Shown here in pieces: positions 24,547 to 34,869 of a DNA stretch of 64,000 nt. A model generated the notes under the pieces. It was not told the origin of the DNA, did not search any database, and saw only the letters and a program-made list of their open reading frames with translations. Origin of the DNA: Actinomycetes bacterium (GTDB lineage Bacteria; Actinomycetota; Acidimicrobiia; Acidimicrobiales; Microtrichaceae); NCBI GenBank assembly GCA_023389745.1, contig JAEWED010000197.1, positions 1,212 through 65,211 on the forward strand, given 5' to 3'. The first letter of the stretch is position 1, and each line of letters begins with the position of its first letter. The position numbers and the translations under genes were made by a program.

Positions 24547-27456
24547 TCAGGCGGTGGCGGGCTCGGGTTCGAGCTCGAGCGCTTCCATGCCCAGCAGCGG
24601 GGCCAGGAAGCGGCCCGTGTGGCCGGACGCGGTCGAGGCGATCAGCTCCGGCGGGCCCTCGGCGACGACCGAGCCGCCGCCGGCGCCGCCCTCGGGTCCC
24701 AGGTCGACCACCCAGTCGGCGGTCTTGATCACGTCGAGGTTGTGCTCGATCACGAGCACCGTGTTGCCCTGGTCGACCAGACGGGACAGCACCGTCATCA
24801 GCTTGGCGATGTCCTCGAAGTGCAGGCCGGTGGTCGGCTCGTCGAGCAGGTAGATCGTGTGGCCCGTCGAGCGCTTGGCGAGCTCCGAGGCGAGCTTCAC
24901 CCGCTGCGCCTCGCCGCCGGACAACGTCGTGGCGGGCTGACCGAGGCGTACGTAACCCAGGCCGACGTCGACCAGGGTCTGCATGTGCCGGGCGATCGTC
25001 GGCTGGTTCGAGAAGAAGTCGAGCGCCTCTTCGATCGGCAGGTTCAGCACCTCGGAGATGTTGAGCCCCTTGAAGGTGACCTCGAGGGTGTCGCGGTTGT
25101 ACCTGGCACCCTTGCAGACCTCGCACGGCACGTAGACGTCGGGCAGGAAGTGCATCTCGATCTTGATGGTGCCGTCGCCCGAGCACGCCTCGCAGCGGCC
25201 GCCCTTGACGTTGAAGCTGAAGCGGCCCGGCATGTAGCCGCGCACCTTGGCCTCGTTGGTCTGGGCGAACAGCTTGCGGATGTGGTCGAACACACCGGTG
25301 TAGGTGGCGGGGTTCGAGCGGGGCGTGCGGCCGATCGGCGACTGGTCGATGTCGATGACCTTGTCGAGCTGGTCGAGGCCCTGGATCCGCTTGTGCAGGC
25401 CCGGCGGCACCTTCGAGCCGTAGATGTGCTGCATCAGCGAGCGCATGAGGATGTCGTTGATCAGCGTCTACTTGCCCGAGCCGGACACGCCGGTGACGGC
25501 CACGAAGCAGCCGAGGGGGATGTCGACGTCGATGTTGCGCAAGTTGTGCTCACGGGCACCCTTGATGCGCAGCCACTCGTCGTTGGGGGCGCGGCGCTGC
25601 TGGGGCACCGGGATGCTGCGCTTGCCGGCCAGGTACTGCCCGGTGATCGAGTCCTTCGCCTTGAGCAGCGACTTGTAGCTGCCCGAGTGCACGATGCGGC
25701 CGCCGTGCTCACCGGCGCCGGGTCCGACGTCGACGACGTGGTCGGCGATGCGGATGGTGTCCTCGTCGTGTTCGACGACGAGCACCGTGTTGCCCAGGTC
25801 GCGCAGACGCAGCAGCGTCTCGATCAGTCGGTGGTTGTCACGCTGGTGCAGGCCGATCGACGGCTCGTCGAGCACGTACAGCACGCCGACCAGGCCCGAG
25901 CCGATCTGCGAGGCGAGCCGGATGCGCTGCGCCTCGCCACCCGAGAGCGTCGCCGCGGATCGCGACAGCGAGAGGTAGTCGAGCCCGACGTCGCACAGGA
26001 AGCGAAGCCGGACGTTGATCTCCTTGAGGATCGACTCGGCGATGACGGCCTGACGGTCGTCGAGCACCAGGTCACGCAGCCGATCGGTCGCCTCGGCGAT
26101 CGACAGGCTGCACAGCTCGAAGATGTTCAGCTCGTCGATCGTGACGGCGAGCGCCAGCGGGTTGAGCCGCGCACCCTTGCAGGTCGCGCACGGCACGAGG
26201 CGCATGTAGCCCTCGATCGCGTCGCGGGCCGCGTCGGACTCGGCCTCGGCGTGGCGGCGCTTGAGGTACGGGATGACGCCCTCGTACTTGGCGGAGTAGT
26301 TCCGGGTGCGGCCGTAGCGGTTCTTGAACTTCACCGCGATCCGCTCGGAGTCGCCGATGCCGTAGAGCAGCAGCTTGCGCTCCTTCTTCGCCAGCTTGGC
26401 GAACGGGACCGAGTCGTCGATGTCGTACTCCTCGCACACCGACTCGAGCAGGCGGTGGAAGTACTTGGCGTGGCCGGACGCCCACGGGGCGAGCGCACCC
26501 TCGGCCACCGAGAGCTCGTCGTCGGGCACGACCAGCTCCGGGTCGACCTCGAAGATCGTGCCGAGGCCGTCGCAGGCGGGGCAGGCGCCGTAGGGGGTGT
26601 TGAACGAGAAGTTGCGGGGTGCGAGCTCCTCGAAGGACTTGCCGTCGGAGGGACGGGCGAGCTTCTCGGAGAAGGTGAGCAGCTCGCTCTCGGTGCCCTC
26701 GGGCGCGTCCTTGGCCGGCATCAGCTCGATCTGGGCGACGCCCTCGGCCAGGCGCAGCGCGGTCTCCATCGAGTCGGTGAGTCGACGGTCGATGCCCTCT
26801 CGCAGGACGAGACGGTCGACGATGACCTCGATGGTGTGCTGCTCGTAGCGGGCGAGCTCGAGCTGCACCGGCAGGTCGTAGGTCTCGCCGTCGACACGGA
26901 CGCGGCCGAAGCCCTGACCGGCCAGGTCGGTGAAGACCTGCTCGTAGGTGCCCTTGCGGCCCCGCACGATCGGGGCGATGACCTGGAACCGGGTGCCCTC
27001 GTCGAGCTGCAGGATCCGGTCGACGATCTGCTGGGGTGTCTGGCGGACCAGCGCCTCGCCCGTCTCGGGGTCGTGCGGCGTGCCGGCACGCGCGTAGAGC
27101 AGCCGCAGGAAGTCGTAGATCTCGGTGACGGTGCCGACCGTCGAGCGCGGGTTGCGCGACGCGGACTTCTGGTCGATCGAGATGGCCGGCGAGAGGCCTT
27201 CGATCACGTCGACGTCGGGCTTGTCGACCTGGCCGAGGAACTGGCGTGCGTACGACGACAGCGACTCGACGTAACGCCGCTGACCCTCGGCGTAGATGGT
27301 GTCGAACGCCAGGGAGGACTTGCCGGATCCCGACAGTCCCGTGAACACCACGAGCTGGTCGCGCGGGAGGTCCAGCGAGACGTCGCACAGGTTGTGCTCG
27401 CGTGCTCCCTGGATGACGATCCGGTCCGAGGGGTGGTGCGTCTTCGGTCGTGGCAT
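24547..27456 (-). pseudogene. uvrA: excinuclease ABC subunit A interrupted by one in-frame TAG
   Basis: Track ORFs 25468-27456 (662 aa) and 24547-25446 (299 aa) are in the same frame. The junction reads ...[27 protein letters not shown]. The stop (25468-25470) therefore replaces the Ser of the second Walker A, GSGKS(T). Everything else looks intact. Confidence 0.9.
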
Positions 27457-27536
27457 CGAGCGGAAACACTACCGTTCGAACAGGTGTTCGTCAGGTCGCT
27501 CGGCTGGTTCCGCCGCCGGCGATCGGGTGCATTCCG

Positions 27537-29609
27537 TCACTCCGCCGGGCGGTCCTCCTGGACCAGCTCGACGTGACGCCAGGCCTGTCCGGGGCGCAGG
27601 TGGTCCCGCTCGATGCGCCACTCCCCCAGCACCTGTTCGCCGAGGTCCTCGTCAGGGTGCACCGCGAGCACCACCGCGCCGGCGTCCGCCGCGGCGAGTC
27701 GGTCGAGCAGACCGCCGAGCTGGCCGGCCTCGGGCATGCGCAGGATGCGCACCTCGTCGAGGTGGTCCCACGAGACACGGCCCAGCCCACGGGAGTCGGT
27801 GACCACGATCGGAGGTCCGCCGTCACTCGGCGTCGTCGAGGCCGCAGCGATGCCGAGCATGCGGTCGACGACCCGTTCGGTGTCGTGACGCATCTCGATC
27901 CCGGTGCGCACGCACAGCACCGACATCGACACCACGGCGACGAGCACCGCGGCGGTCAGCACCCGAGCGGTCCGGCGACCGTCGCGGTCCCGCGCCGAGG
28001 CCTCCACCTCCTCGAATTCCGTCTCGGATTCGGTGCCACCACCCCGAATCGGAGCCGGAATTCGAGAGGGACCGCCGACATCCGTCTCGGATTCGGTGTC
28101 ACCACCCCGAATCGGAGACGGAATTCGAGAGAGACCATCGAGCGCGTTGACGGCGCCGATGACGACGAGGGGCACGAGCAGCGGCAACAGCACGTGGTAG
28201 AAGCGACCGCCCCACTCCGCGGCACCGCCGATGGCGTAGCTGGTGGCGAGCACGAGCGACGCGGCGACCGCCGAGGCGATCAGGCAGATCCGCGCGGTCA
28301 GCGAGGCGACGTCGGCCCGTCGCAGTTGGACCAGGCCCATGACCAGCAGCGGGAACGCGGCGACCAGGCCGGTGACGTGACCGAGGGGCAGGAACTGACG
28401 CACCACGGTCAACGCCGCGCCGGCGACGATCAGCTGCATGGCGAGGCCGCGGCGAGCCGGCGAGCGGCGAAGCAGCACCGCGCCGCCGATCAGACAGGCC
28501 GTCGCGACGAAGAGGACCATCGCTCCGGTGCCGAGTCTCGGGTCTCCGGAACGCAGCACGCTGGCCCAGAGCGCCTGCAGGCGACCTTCGACGAAGCCGA
28601 CCTCCTGGGCGCCGATCACGAAGTTGCTGATGCCCTCGTCGCCCTGGATCGCGGCCGCCAGGCGCCCGTCGACCAGGTACGAGGCGATGCCGAGCCCCGC
28701 GAGCACCACGGCGGTCACCACGCGGGGCAGGTCGAGTCGCAACGGACGCAGCGATCGCAGCGAGCACACGCCGACCGCGGCGGCGATGCCGGCGACGACG
28801 AAGAGCCCCTCGCTGCGCAGCAGCACCAGCGGCACGGCGAGCAGCATGGCGACGAGCACGAGCGGGACTCGGCGGCGGGCCGGAACTCCGTCGGCGAGGC
28901 CGGTGACGAGTGCGAGCACCACCGCCCCGGTGAGCGCCGCGGCGATCGAGTGCGCCATGACGGTCGTCGCCCCGAACAGCAGCGGGCTGCCGAGCCCGAG
29001 CAGCCAGAGCGTCGCCAGGCCCCAGTTCTCGGTGTGACGGTTCTCGGTGTGACGGTTCTCGGTGTGACGGTCCTCGGTGTGACGATCCTCGCGGCGGCTC
29101 ACGCCGACAGGTGGTGTGCCCGGGGCCGGTGCCCGGTCGTGCACGAGGCGGCGGGTCAGGAACATGCCGATCAGCGCGGCTGCCCACGTGCCCAGCGCCG
29201 ACGCGACGAGCAGGCCGAGGTGCCCGCCGAGTGTCCAGAACGGGATCAGCAGCACCGGGTAGGCGGGGTGCTTCGCGTACGGGCGGTAGGTCGCGGCGAC
29301 GACGTCGGAGTTCTCCATGGTGACGAACTCGCCGTCGGGGTCGACGCTCGGCAGCGGCAGGTCGATCGCCCAGGAGCCGTCGGCGACAGCGGCGACCTGT
29401 GCGATCACGGCGCCCTCGTCGGTGATGGCCGACGAGCCGTTGTCGACGACCACGACGATCGCGAGCAACGCGACCAGCAGCGCTGCGGCGTGCAGGGCGA
29501 GCCGGCGAGGGCCGCCGGGGGCGCGCCCGATCGGGCGGCCGTCGCGGCCGTCGGGCACCGATCCGGGCGCCGCGGAGCCCTCGGGGGCGTTCCGTCGGTC
29601 GGTCAGCAT
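27537..29609 (-). CDS. large polytopic membrane protein with C-terminal soluble domain (possibly glycosyltransferase-like; function unknown)
   Basis: This is the part of track ORF 27537-30731 downstream of ATG 29609 ([11 protein letters not shown]...). It has more than 10 hydrophobic segments and two internal repeat tracts (listed as repeats). Confidence 0.65.
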   Translation of the reverse strand: MLTDRRNAPEGSAAPGSVPDGRDGRPIGRAPGGPRRLALHAAALLVALLAIVVVVDNGSSAITDEGAVIAQVAAVADGSWAIDLPLPSVDPDGEFVTMENSDVVAATYRPYAKHPAYPVLLIPFWTLGGHLGLLVASALGTWAAALIGMFLTRRLVHDRAPAPGTPPVGVSRREDRHTEDRHTENRHTENRHTENWGLATLWLLGLGSPLLFGATTVMAHSIAAALTGAVVLALVTGLADGVPARRRVPLVLVAMLLAVPLVLLRSEGLFVVAGIAAAVGVCSLRSLRPLRLDLPRVVTAVVLAGLGIASYLVDGRLAAAIQGDEGISNFVIGAQEVGFVEGRLQALWASVLRSGDPRLGTGAMVLFVATACLIGGAVLLRRSPARRGLAMQLIVAGAALTVVRQFLPLGHVTGLVAAFPLLVMGLVQLRRADVASLTARICLIASAVAASLVLATSYAIGGAAEWGGRFYHVLLPLLVPLVVIGAVNALDGLSRIPSPIRGGDTESETDVGGPSRIPAPIRGGGTESETEFEEVEASARDRDGRRTARVLTAAVLVAVVSMSVLCVRTGIEMRHDTERVVDRMLGIAAASTTPSDGGPPIVVTDSRGLGRVSWDHLDEVRILRMPEAGQLGGLLDRLAAADAGAVVLAVHPDEDLGEQVLGEWRIERDHLRPGQAWRHVELVQEDRPAE
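28012..28137. repeat. 63-bp tandem duplication, each unit an imperfect palindrome, in frame inside the membrane-protein gene
   Basis: TCCGTCTCGGATTCGGTG(c/t)CACCACCCCGAATCGGAG(c/a)CGGAATTCGAGAG(g/a)GACC occurs at 28018 and 28081. Within a unit, TCCGTCTCGGATTCGG pairs with CCGAATCGGAGACGGA. It encodes SRIP(S/A)PIRGG(D/G)TESET(D/E). Confidence 0.85.
29026..29090. repeat. 15-bp tandem repeat, about 4.3 copies (TTCTCGGTGTGACGG), in frame; encodes (E/D)(D/N)RHT repeats
   Basis: The protein reads [25 protein letters not shown]. Position cross-checked against track ORF 28438-29037. Confidence 0.85.
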
Positions 29610-29678
29610 CTCCAGATCTCTTCGGCACCCTGGAACCGATGCGTGAGCCATTCCGGGCCGCTGGCATACTTGGCGGCC

Positions 29679-30761
29679 ATGGGTTCCAGCAGCGGCCGCC
29701 TGTTCCGCATCACGACCTTCGGCGAGTCGCACGGCCCCGGAGTGGGTGTGGTGATCGACGGGTGCCCGCCGCGGCTGCCGCTGTCCGAGGCCGACATCCA
29801 GCCCGATCTGGACCGCCGGCGCCCCGGTCAGAGCCGTCTGGTCACCCAGCGCAACGAGGCCGACGGCGTCGAGATCCTCTCGGGTGTGTACGACGGGCTG
29901 ACGCTCGGGTCGCCGATCGCGCTGCTCGTGCGCAACGCCGACCAGCGCTCGGGCGCGTACAGCGAGATGACCGACCTGTACCGGCCGTCGCACGCGGACT
30001 GGTCGACCGAGGCCAAGTACGGGATCCGTGCGGTGGCCGGCGGGGGTCGGGCGTCGGCCCGTGAGACGATCGGCCGCGTCGCCGCCGCGGCGGTCGCCCG
30101 CAAGCTGCTGGCGACACACGTCGGGGTCGAGGTGCTCGGTTGGGTCAGCAGCATCCACGACATCTCGGGTCGCATCGACCCGACGAAGGTGCAGCTCGAG
30201 CACGTCGAGGCGTCGCCGACGCGCTGCCCCGACCCCGAAGCTGCCGAGGAGATGGTCGCGGCGATCGAGCAGGCGCGGCGCGACGGCGACTCGCTCGGCG
30301 GTGTGGTGACGTGCGTGGCGCGAGGTGTGCCGGCGGGTTGGGGCGAGCCGGTGTTCGACAAGCTCGAGGCCGACCTGGCGAAGGCGACGATGTCGCTGCC
30401 GGCGTCGAAGGGCTTCGAGATCGGCTCGGGCTTCTCGTCGGCCGGCATGACGGGCCGGGAGCACAACGACGAGTTCATCCCCGGTCCCGACGGTCGTCCG
30501 GCGACCGCGACGAACCGCTCCGGCGGTGTGCAGGGCGGCATCTCGAACGGCCAGGAGATCGACATCCGGGTGGCGTTCAAGCCGACGGCGACGATCTCGT
30601 CGCCGCAGAACACGGTCAACCGGGACAACGAGCCGGTCGTGCTGGCCGCCAAGGGCCGCCACGACCCGTGCGTGCTGCCACGAGCGGTGCCGCTGGTCGA
30701 AGCGGCGGTGCTGCTGGTGCTGGCCGACCACTGGCTGCGCCAGCGGGCGATCGAGCTCTAG
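29679..30761 (+). CDS. aroC: chorismate synthase
   Basis: [31 protein letters not shown]...RPSHADW...[16 protein letters not shown]...GRHDPCV. I chose the start at internal ATG 29679 of the 1103-aa track ORF. Confidence 0.95.
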   Translation: MGSSSGRLFRITTFGESHGPGVGVVIDGCPPRLPLSEADIQPDLDRRRPGQSRLVTQRNEADGVEILSGVYDGLTLGSPIALLVRNADQRSGAYSEMTDLYRPSHADWSTEAKYGIRAVAGGGRASARETIGRVAAAAVARKLLATHVGVEVLGWVSSIHDISGRIDPTKVQLEHVEASPTRCPDPEAAEEMVAAIEQARRDGDSLGGVVTCVARGVPAGWGEPVFDKLEADLAKATMSLPASKGFEIGSGFSSAGMTGREHNDEFIPGPDGRPATATNRSGGVQGGISNGQEIDIRVAFKPTATISSPQNTVNRDNEPVVLAAKGRHDPCVLPRAVPLVEAAVLLVLADHWLRQRAIEL

Positions 30762-31786
30762 GCACCTTCGGCGGCGTCCGCCGGACCTGCGGTCGAGATG
30801 TCGTCGTCGTGCACCAGTGCAGCGGGCCGCCTCGCCAGCACGCTCGGGTCGTAGATCAGCTCGGTGAGCCTGGTGGCCGACATGGAGCGACCGGTCAGGA
30901 GCAGCCTGATCCGAGCCTGGTCGTCGTTCGCCAGCTCTCCGGCGATCAGCTCGTGCAGGAGGGGCACTTCGATCGTCCCCTTCTCGGCGGTCATCAGCGC
31001 CGTCGCCAGGGCCTCCTCCACTGGCCGGACGGGCATGCCGGCGACGCAGAGGTCATCGAGCTCCGGGTCCCGGACATGGTGGAGCCGGGCAGCCGGAGAA
31101 CGGCGACTCTCGACGTCGGGCACCGTCCGGCGGCGGTCGGTTCGCCAGTCCGGGTGCGGACCCACCACGAGATGCACGGTGGCGTGCGGTCCGACGGTCG
31201 TGCGACCGAGGACCTCGAGCGCACTCCATGAAGTGAGCGCGGCACCTGGTCCGGCCCAGAGCAACCAGGCCCGGAGGTGCTCGAACGGGTCGGCCGGCCA
31301 GTGGGAGAACCGGAAGACCGACGGCGCCGCGGTGCGTCGCCAGTTGCCGTACGACAGGTGGTGGTAGCGAGCTCGCCGGTCGAGACCGACCGAGCGGGCC
31401 TGCGCGACGGTGAAGCAGCCTTCCTGCGAGGATGCGATCGCCATGAGACGGCGTCGTCGACCGACCCTGGTGCCCAGACCCGGATGCTCGGGAGTCGGCA
31501 CCGGCAGGTCCGGATCGGACGGGTGGGCCGAAGGGAAGTTGGCGCTGGCGAGGACCGCTTCGACATCGAGGGCGTCGAGGTCCTCTCCGTCGTGATGCTC
31601 CTCACGAAGTTCGTCAGACCGTCCCGATGTACTGGACGGTCCTGGGCGGTCCCCCTCGAACCGTCCCGTTTTTCTGGACGGTCGAGCGGGGGTGGGGTCG
31701 GACCGTCCCGTTTTTCGGGACGGTTCGGCGAAGTTGGGGGCGGAAGTCTCCGCACGCAGTGCTGGATCCGGGGCGGCATCGGACAT
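30758..31786 (-). CDS. AbiEi-antitoxin-like wHTH domain protein with repeat-containing N-terminal extension (hypothetical)
   Basis: [29 protein letters not shown] resembles the AbiEi_4-type N-terminal wHTH. GAGGAG lies 6 nt before ATG 31786. An alternative start is ATG 31444. Its stop overlaps the aroC stop by 4 nt (CTAG, convergent). Confidence 0.5.
   Translation of the reverse strand: MSDAAPDPALRAETSAPNFAEPSRKTGRSDPTPARPSRKTGRFEGDRPGPSSTSGRSDELREEHHDGEDLDALDVEAVLASANFPSAHPSDPDLPVPTPEHPGLGTRVGRRRRLMAIASSQEGCFTVAQARSVGLDRRARYHHLSYGNWRRTAAPSVFRFSHWPADPFEHLRAWLLWAGPGAALTSWSALEVLGRTTVGPHATVHLVVGPHPDWRTDRRRTVPDVESRRSPAARLHHVRDPELDDLCVAGMPVRPVEEALATALMTAEKGTIEVPLLHELIAGELANDDQARIRLLLTGRSMSATRLTELIYDPSVLARRPAALVHDDDISTAGPADAAEGA
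31618..31743. repeat. 42-bp tandem repeat x3, each unit beginning with a 7-9 bp hairpin (ACCGTCC..GGACGGT)
   Basis: Units start at 31618, 31660 and 31702. Copy 3 is the perfect ACCGTCCCG-TTTTT-CGGGACGGT. In the minus frame the units encode 14-aa repeats (PSRKTGR...). Confidence 0.85.
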
Positions 31787-31882
31787 GGGGCTCTCCTCGT
31801 GACGTGAGGAGACCCGTGTGACCGGGGGATCTCGACCCCTGGTGCCCGGCGCTCGAAAGCACCCGAACGGCCAGCAGCGCCG

Positions 31883-31920
31883 CTCAGAGCACGCTGCGCA
31901 ACTCAGAGCACGCTGCGCAG
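31883..31920. repeat. perfect 19-bp tandem duplication of the uvrB 3' end including the stop codon
   Basis: CTCAGAGCACGCTGCGCA occurs at 31883-31900 and 31902-31919; the uvrB stop is at 31903-31905. Confidence 0.9.
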
Positions 31921-34008
31921 CTCGCGCTTGAGCTCCTTGATCTCGTCGCGCAGGCGGGCGGCCTCTTCGAAGCGCAGGTCGGCCGACGCCTGGTTCATCT
32001 CGTCCTCGAGCAGCTCGATGACCTTGCCGAGCTCCTCGGGTGGCACATCCGCGAACTGCTCGGCCCGTGCGCGCTCGCCCGGCCGCTGCTTGCGTCGGCC
32101 GGCACCCGGACGGGGCGCCTCGGCGCTGGTTCCGCGCAGGTCGGCCAGGATGTCGGTGACCGCCTTGGTGATGGTCTTCGGGTCGATGCCGTGCTCCTCG
32201 TTGTGTGCCTGCTGCACACCGCGGCGACGGTTCGTCTCGGAGATCGCCTTGGTCATGGAGTCCGTGACCCGGTCGGCGTACATGATCACCTGGCCGTTCA
32301 CGTTCCTGGCGGAGCGCCCGATCATCTGGATCAGCGAACGCTCGGAGCGCAGGAAGCCCTCCTTGTCGGCGTCGAGGATCGCGACCAGCGAGACCTCGGG
32401 GATGTCGAGGCCCTCTCGCAGCAGGTTGATCCCGACCAGCACGTCGTACTCACCGAGGCGCAGGTCACGGACCAGCTCGATGCGCTGGAGCGTGTCGACC
32501 TCTGAGTGCAGGTACCGCACCCGGACACCCATCTCGAGCAGGTAGTCGGTCAGGTCCTCGGCCATCTTCTTGGTGAGGGTGGTGACCAGCACGCGGTCGC
32601 CGCGTTCGGTCCGGTCGTTGATCTGCGCGAGCAGGTCGTCGATCTGCCCCTTGGTCGGCTTGATGACGACCTCTGGGTCGAGCAGGCCGGTCGGGCGCAC
32701 GATCTGCTCGACGACGTTGGTCGAGTGCTCGAGCTCCCAGTCGCCGGGCGTCGCCGACAAGAAGATGGTCTGTCCCGCCTTCTGCACCCACTCCTCGAAG
32801 CGCAGCGGCCGGTTGTCGGCGGCGGAGGGCAGCCGGAACCCGTGCTCGATCAGGGTCTCCTTGCGGGAGCGGTCCCCCTCGTACTGCCCGTGCAGCTGCG
32901 GGATCGTGACGTGGGACTCGTCGATGATCGTGAGGTAGTCGTCGGGGAAGAAGTCGAGCAGCGTGTTCGGCGTCTCGCCCGGTCCGCGACCGTCGAGCGG
33001 CGCCGAGTAGTTCTCGATGCCGTTGCAGAACCCCATCTCCTGCATCATCTCGAGGTCGTACTCGGTGCGCATGCGCAGCCGCTGCGCCTCGAGCAGCTTG
33101 CCCTGCGACTCGAACAGCGCCAGCCGCTCCTGCAGCTCCTGCTCGATCCGACCGATCGCCGCACCCAGGCGCTCGTCGGAGGTGGCGTAGTGCGTGTTCG
33201 GGAAGATCACGACGTCGTCGAGCGAGCGGAACTTCTCGCCGGTGAGCGGATCGACCTGCGAGATCGACTCGATCTCGTCGCCGAAGAACTCGATGCGGAC
33301 CGTCGACTCCTCGTAGGCGGGATGCACCTCGAGGATGTCGCCACGAACCCGGAACGCGCCGCGCACCAGGTTCATGTCGTTGCGCTCGTACTGCAGGTCG
33401 ACCAGACGGCGCAGCAACGCCCGCTGGTCGACCGACTCGCCGACCCGGGCGGTGAAGAGGCGTGACGAGTACTCCTCGGGCGAACCGAGGCCGTAGATGC
33501 ACGACACCGAGGCGACGACGATGACGTCGCGCCGGGTGAGCAGCGCCGAGGTCGCCGCGTGGCGCAGGCGGTCGATCTCGTCGTTGACCGAGGAGTCCTT
33601 CTCGATGAAGGTGTCGCTCGACGCGATGTACGCCTCTGGCTGGTAGTAGTCGTAGTACGAGACGAAGTACTCGACGCGGTTGTCGGGGAAGAACTCCCGG
33701 AACTCGTTGGCCAGCTGCGCGGCGAGGCTCTTGTTCGGAGCGAGCACCAGCGTGGGGCGCTGCACCTGCTCGATCGTCCAGGCGATGGTCGCCGACTTTC
33801 CCGATCCGGTGATGCCCAGCAGCGTCTGGAAGCGCTGACCGACGTTGACGCCCTCTGCCAGGGCCTCGATCGCCTTGGGCTGGTCACCCGCCGGCTGGAA
33901 GTCGGAGACGACCTTGAACGGCCGTACCGCCACCGGCTGGATGCGGTTCGACGAGGTGGTCGACGTGGAGGAGCTCACGTCGGGAAGCGTAGTGACGGGC
34001 TGTGACAC
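31903..34008 (-). CDS. uvrB: excinuclease ABC subunit B
   Basis: [14 protein letters not shown] (Walker A), DESH, helicase motifs and the C-terminal UVR domain ([13 protein letters not shown]). GTG start. Confidence 0.95.
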   Translation of the reverse strand: MSQPVTTLPDVSSSTSTTSSNRIQPVAVRPFKVVSDFQPAGDQPKAIEALAEGVNVGQRFQTLLGITGSGKSATIAWTIEQVQRPTLVLAPNKSLAAQLANEFREFFPDNRVEYFVSYYDYYQPEAYIASSDTFIEKDSSVNDEIDRLRHAATSALLTRRDVIVVASVSCIYGLGSPEEYSSRLFTARVGESVDQRALLRRLVDLQYERNDMNLVRGAFRVRGDILEVHPAYEESTVRIEFFGDEIESISQVDPLTGEKFRSLDDVVIFPNTHYATSDERLGAAIGRIEQELQERLALFESQGKLLEAQRLRMRTEYDLEMMQEMGFCNGIENYSAPLDGRGPGETPNTLLDFFPDDYLTIIDESHVTIPQLHGQYEGDRSRKETLIEHGFRLPSAADNRPLRFEEWVQKAGQTIFLSATPGDWELEHSTNVVEQIVRPTGLLDPEVVIKPTKGQIDDLLAQINDRTERGDRVLVTTLTKKMAEDLTDYLLEMGVRVRYLHSEVDTLQRIELVRDLRLGEYDVLVGINLLREGLDIPEVSLVAILDADKEGFLRSERSLIQMIGRSARNVNGQVIMYADRVTDSMTKAISETNRRRGVQQAHNEEHGIDPKTITKAVTDILADLRGTSAEAPRPGAGRRKQRPGERARAEQFADVPPEELGKVIELLEDEMNQASADLRFEEAARLRDEIKELKRELRSVL

Positions 34009-34082
34009 TGTCGCCGCAGGCGGCCCGAACGCCTGTCGCCGCAGGCGGCCCGAACGCCCGGCGCCGCAGGCGGCCCGAGGCC
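34008..34082. repeat. 25-bp tandem repeat x3 with a GCCGCAGGCGGC dyad, in the coaE-uvrB spacer
   Basis: Units start at 34008, 34033 and 34058 (CTGTCGCCGCAGGCGGCCCGAACGC). The first nucleotide of the tract is the first nucleotide of the uvrB GTG start codon. Confidence 0.85.
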
Positions 34083-34086
34083 AGCG

Positions 34087-34680
34087 TCAGCGCAGGGTGG
34101 CGATCCAGTCCCAGGCTCGGTCGATCTCGGCGGCGAGGTCGTCGGGGTCGCCGTGGTTGTCGATCACCAAGTCGGCCTTCTCGAGCCGTTCGAAGCGGCT
34201 GACCTGCTTGGCGATGCGGTTGCGGGCGTCGTCCTCGGAGAAGCCGCGGTGCTCGACCAGGCGCTGCACGGCGACGTCGGGGTCGAGGTCGACCACGATC
34301 ATCGCCGCCATGTCGTCGCGGCCGGACTCGACCAGCAGCGGCACGTCGAGGATGACCACCCGATCGGTCTCGGCGAGCTCGGCGAGGCGCCGCTCGATCT
34401 CCTCGTGCACCCTCGGGTGCACGATCATCGACAGGTCCGCCAGGGCCTGGGAGTCGGTGAAGACCACCTCGGCCACCGCTGCGCGGTCGAGCCCACCGTC
34501 CTCGGCGACGATGCCGGGTCCGAAGCGAGCCACCATCTCGTCGAAGACCACGGTGCCGGGCTGCTGCAGCTCCTTGACGATCGCGTCGGCGTCGATCACC
34601 GCCGCGCCCCGCTCGGCCAGACCGGCCGAGACCGACGACTTGCCCGCACCGATTCCCCCGGTGAGCCCGATCAACAGCAT
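34087..34680 (-). CDS. coaE: dephospho-CoA kinase
   Basis: MLLIGLTGGIGAGKSSVSAGLAERGAAVIDADAI... I chose the start at internal ATG 34680. Confidence 0.9.
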   Translation of the reverse strand: MLLIGLTGGIGAGKSSVSAGLAERGAAVIDADAIVKELQQPGTVVFDEMVARFGPGIVAEDGGLDRAAVAEVVFTDSQALADLSMIVHPRVHEEIERRLAELAETDRVVILDVPLLVESGRDDMAAMIVVDLDPDVAVQRLVEHRGFSEDDARNRIAKQVSRFERLEKADLVIDNHGDPDDLAAEIDRAWDWIATLR

Positions 34681-34869
34681 CGTTCCGCCTCCTGCACGGG
34701 CGCCGACGCTACCGCGACGGCCCTCGCAGGGGGCGATCCCCGGGGTCGGTCCCGCGAAATATCTCACCCAATTCTGTAGGTCGCACGGCCCAGCTGCCGA
34801 TACGCACTGCAGACCCTCGCCCACCGTCGATCGACGACCTCGATCGACGCACCTGCACACAGGACTCCG

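Noticed and set aside
25468-25470. TAG in uvrA as programmed recoding (pyrrolysine or suppression)
   Set aside because: The position requires the invariant Walker A Ser. TAG is used as a normal stop elsewhere in this window (aroC, the AbiEi-like gene, cargo gene B, CocE/NonD). No pyl genes are seen. A mutation or a sequencing error is far more likely.
24619-27576. 985-aa plus-strand ORF
   Set aside because: It is antisense to uvrA. It has a low-complexity Arg/Gly/Val/Asp composition and no recognisable domain.
27450-29678. N-terminal 740 aa of the 1103-aa plus-strand ORF ending as aroC, and the part of minus ORF 27537-30731 above 29609
   Set aside because: Only the last 360 aa match chorismate synthase. 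The rest is antisense to the membrane-protein gene. Conversely, the minus ORF upstream of ATG 29609 is antisense to aroC.
31618-31743. Type III toxin-antitoxin RNA antitoxin array
   Set aside because: There are only three units, no terminator between the repeats and the gene, and the downstream protein is AbiEi-like rather than a ToxN/AbiQ-type endoRNase. The idea is mentioned as an analogy only.
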